Assembly (NCBI GenBank): GCA_964016885.1
Contig: OZ024745.1
Location: forward strand, 13,950,001-14,014,000
DNA: 64,000 bases
From: Eledone cirrhosa
Lineage: Eukaryota
Reading direction: 5' to 3'
Shown: one piece after another, positions 60,400-64,000 of the stretch
How the letters are laid out: each line of letters begins with the position of its first letter
Position numbering within the stretch: the first letter of the stretch is position 1
Translations under genes and position numbers: made by a program
The notes under the pieces: generated by a model
Told to the model about the DNA's origin: nothing
What the model saw: only the letters and a program-made list of their open reading frames with translations
Databases searched by the model: none

Positions 60400-60797
60400 T
60401 ATTCTTCTTTGCCCACTTATTCCTGGGAGGATCGTAGGAGTAGAGTCCTCAAACACACCTTCCAGCGGGGCCTGTCAGAAGCAACTTACTTCAATCGATC
60501 CAGCTAGATCCCTAAGCAAGACCAGCGAAGCTCATGGATATTATCTAACCATCTTGCTCAGAGTCTTCCCCTGGGTCTCCTCATTCGGTTGGTTTTGCCC
60601 GTAAAATCTGCCCAGAGATTCTTTCCTGAGACATTCTAACCACATGCCCCATAGTATCGGAGCTATGATCTCTCAATTCAGAGAAGTAGTGGCTCTTCCT
60701 GGAGTGACTCTCTGATCGCCAAGATACGCACTCTATCAAGTAACGTTACTCTAAAGACTCTTCAGAGGAACCCCATTTCGGCCTCCTGTATTCGTGT
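60400..60797 (-). mobile_element. Non-autonomous RTE 3'-end element
   Basis: Reverse complement encodes RIQEAEMGFL*RVFRVTLLDR..LL*IERS..YYGACG, same family as 5020, 12400 and 26915. Confidence 0.83.
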
Positions 60798-61144
60798 CAA
60801 AACCTAGGACCTCAACATTATAATGCAAACCTCTAAACCATCCAGCCATACATGTACCCAATAATGTATAGACTTATGCCATAATATATTTCTTGTTTAT
60901 GAAGTCATATTCAAGTGTACAGACATTCTCAGTGCAAAGATGGATATTTCTATATGAAAACTACTGTCTACTTTTGGATGGGATTTCTCATCTAACAAAT
61001 TATTCAAATTATGTGGCTTACATCTTGAGTATATACAGATTCTTAGTTCAAAATTCAGTTCAACCTACATCTAGTGTATATGTCAACTTCAAAACAAAAG
61101 AGGAGTGTTTACAGTTTGTGTATCAGTATGCGGATATATATATG

Positions 61145-61492
61145 GAGGCACATGGCTTAGTGGTTAGAGCATTGGCCTTGCAATCGAAAGGTTGTGAGTT
61201 CAATTCTCAGACCGGGTGATGTGTTGTTTCCTTGAGCAAGGCACTTTATTTCACATTGCTCCAGTTTACTCAGCTGTAGAAATGAGATGATAGGGACTGG
61301 TGTCCCTATCATTCCACTGTAAAGTGGTCGTGGAGGTGCCACGGCAAAAAAGCACCCAGCACTCACTGTAAATGAGGTTGGTGTTAGGAAGGGCATCCAG
61401 CTGTAGAAATCAAGCCAGCATCAGTTCCCATCCCACCCTTGCAAGCAGGGAAAAAGCGGATGTAAAATGAAATGATGATGATGATGATGATA
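61145..61492 (+). mobile_element. SINE type 2, near-identical to 55778-56116
   Basis: Same head, core and tail, ending in (GAT)n. Confidence 0.9.
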
Positions 61493-62645
61493 TACTGTTT
61501 GTTAAATATGATATCACTGTGATTGGGTAATTGTATTTTGTGTGATGTTTTATGGTTGACTAGTTCAGGCTTGTATTTTGTTGTTGGACAGGGTTCTTTG
61601 TAATGATAAATTACATATATTAAATAAGTTTGGTATAGACATCTGATGCACAAGGATGATAATGAATGGGTGAAGTGCCAGGAAATGACAGTAGACAGAA
61701 GCTGCAGTAGATGTAGATCAAGAACAGCCTAGGCAGAGATGGTGAGAACTAGTCTCAAAATCACTGATACTCACAGAGGAAATGACAAAGAAATGTAGTG
61801 AGTGGAGAGATACTGAGAAGGACCTGTCCAACCCATGAAAGCATGGAACAACGGATATAAAAAAGATGATGAAGTTCACCAAAATGAAGCTTTAATAAGT
61901 AATATTTGGGGAAACTTGCTGGAATTATGCTATGTTTTGTGCTGGCAGAGTGTTTATAACTTCACAGTAAAGAACACATTATCTACATTCTATAAGGTGA
62001 CCCCTAGTTTTGGAGAAAATTTTACATGTATAAAAAAGCCCAAAACACATTCCATTAGCTATTAAATACTGCAGGAGAGCTTCCATGTCTAATGAGCCCA
62101 TGAATCTACACCTAGAACGTTCAACCCCTAGGTACAGGCTTGAGTAAGGTCTTGTGGACCAGCAGTTGCATGAGAATGGCAAGAGTTAATGTTGACTTGG
62201 CACCAGTGATGTTGGAGATGAACTCAGAACGAAAAAGGCCAAAAGCGATACTTCAACCTTCTAACAATTCTGCCAATCCACTCTTCTCAACTGTTACATT
62301 ATCAACGTTGAAAGAATGAAAGGCAAACTTGACCTAACAGGATTTGAACTCAGAACATAGAGAGCCAGAACTAATTCTACTGATGCTTTCACAAACTCTC
62401 TCAATTAGCCTTGAAAAGCAGATCAGATTTAATACACACAATATATTCTTATAAAGATACTGAAGCTTATATTTTCGCTTTATTTCCTTGGCTATTAATA
62501 AACAATATAAAGATGAAATTAAGTGAATTCTCCTATTTAAAACATTCATCTATGTATGAAGATTAGTAAAATAGCGCGGTTGAAAGAAAAATGACAAATA
62601 TTTCATATGATAAATGTTAGCGCTTTTTTCCTATTTCAAATTGAA

Positions 62646-62765
62646 CCTAATTAGGGTTAGGATTAGATAACGTGTGTTCCAGTTTGAGATATGGGGTAAT
62701 AGGGTTAGGGTTAGGGTTAGGATTAGATAACGTTTGTTCCAGTTTGAGATATGGGGTAATAGGGA
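62646..62765. repeat. 60-bp tandem duplication containing TTAGGG units
   Basis: TAGGGTTAGGATTAGATAACGT(G/T)TGTTCCAGTTTGAGATATGGGGTAATAGGG twice, with (TTAGGG)2-3. Confidence 0.85.
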
Positions 62766-64000
62766 AGAAACGGTCAAGTATTTTTTTTTCAATCGACGAT
62801 TACGATCTGAAAAGAAGCCAAAAATAATTACTAAATTTTCAAGATGAATAGCCAAAATAATCAATGTATTCCTAGCAGAATAACGTTGGAGACCACCAGA
62901 AATGCCTGTAAGTTAGCAAACAATTCACTATCAAAAATAAAAGTAAAAATATTTAAAATCCGAACTACTGTGTAGGAAAATATAAGGTTAGCAGGTTCTT
63001 GCTTTTCCCTATTATTGAATTTACATGCGGTGACGTTGTATCCGATACTACTGAAGTAGACAACAAGTGGGATAAGGTAGAAATAGAAGTGAAAATATAG
63101 AAATATATTTCGATCCTATATAACCAGCCATTTACAAATGTGAAGAATCCAAACTGCTGCCGGTATGGAGAGGAGTTTGTTTTATAAAATATATAAAAGT
63201 ATGTCAGGTTTAGAATAATTGAACTGATGAACAATTCATCCTGAGGCTACTTTAAGATAGTTATGATGGATATGTCTGGCATGAATACATGTTTCTGGTT
63301 CCAGCAGGAATGGCAGAACAAACTAGTCACAGACATCAAGATAAATACACCATACACCAGACTATTGCTTTACGTAAAATTATACCAAAGTAAATAAGTT
63401 TTATGATTAAATAATAACGACAAATATTCCGTAAGGAAACTAAACTGTTTGTATAAATGGTTAATAGATAACTTCCACGTGGATGATGGAACTTGGTGGA
63501 AATCTCCATGGACCTGAAAGTTAAAATTTCTGCGAAAATGTTCCTATTATATCTGCGTGTTCTATGTTAAGATTTGTCAAGTAGTTATATTTTCTAAGGA
63601 GCCAACAAGCCTGTTTTTCCATCATAAAGTATTCGCCATTTGAATAATAAACTATTATACGAAATAAGGAACGGTGAATGTTATAATGGTGGAATGTTGG
63701 TAATAATAAGCAAAGTAAATATGAAAGTGTTAAATGTCACATTAGATTGTTAGTAAGAAGAGAGTGGGAGAGGTATCGGCATCTTGTCTAGCTTCGAATG
63801 CTGAGAATAAGGAAAATAATTCGAAAGGAACACCCACGAAGGAAAAAAAAACAAAATTATGAAAACACTCGACAAGATATCTCCTCTCTCTCTCTATCGT
63901 TGACACTGTATAAATGTGTGAATTATTTTATAAGTAGCAACACGGAAGCAGAAACTGTAATACAACTGGTTGCTATAGGAAATATATGGTGGAAAGTAGA

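Noticed and set aside
62646-62765. Telomere or interstitial telomeric array
   Set aside because: Only 2-3 TTAGGG units, embedded in a 60-bp duplication.
62965-63395. Candidate host exons or ORFs near the window end
   Set aside because: No recognisable protein motif or convincing splice-site pair in any frame I read.

Overview
AT-rich, repeat-dense eukaryotic (animal) DNA, probably intronic or intergenic. The SINE/RTE repertoire looks like an octopus or other cephalopod genome (inference from recalled repeat families, not verified). I found no host protein-coding exon; almost all listed ORFs are microsatellite or repeat artefacts. Contents: a decayed near-full-length RTE LINE with a PHD-like zinc finger (~41.9-45.4 kb) and two 5'-truncated copies; a decayed Tx1/L1-clade LINE (~52.1-55.6 kb); many tRNA-derived SINEs of two types; non-autonomous RTE 3'-end elements; a non-autonomous Helitron; TTAA, TA and hAT-like MITEs; a 3.6-kb GT-derived satellite; and about ten minisatellites. 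The most notable observation is a cluster of type I hammerhead ribozyme motifs and foldback palindromes among (TA)n tracts at 32.8-36.7 kb, from at least three sequence families. It includes a perfect 116-bp-arm palindrome with a complete hammerhead on each strand, and a two-copy hammerhead family with a conserved ~60-nt stem II insert. These are probably Penelope-like or retrozyme-like relics. All folds were done by eye and none has been tested.
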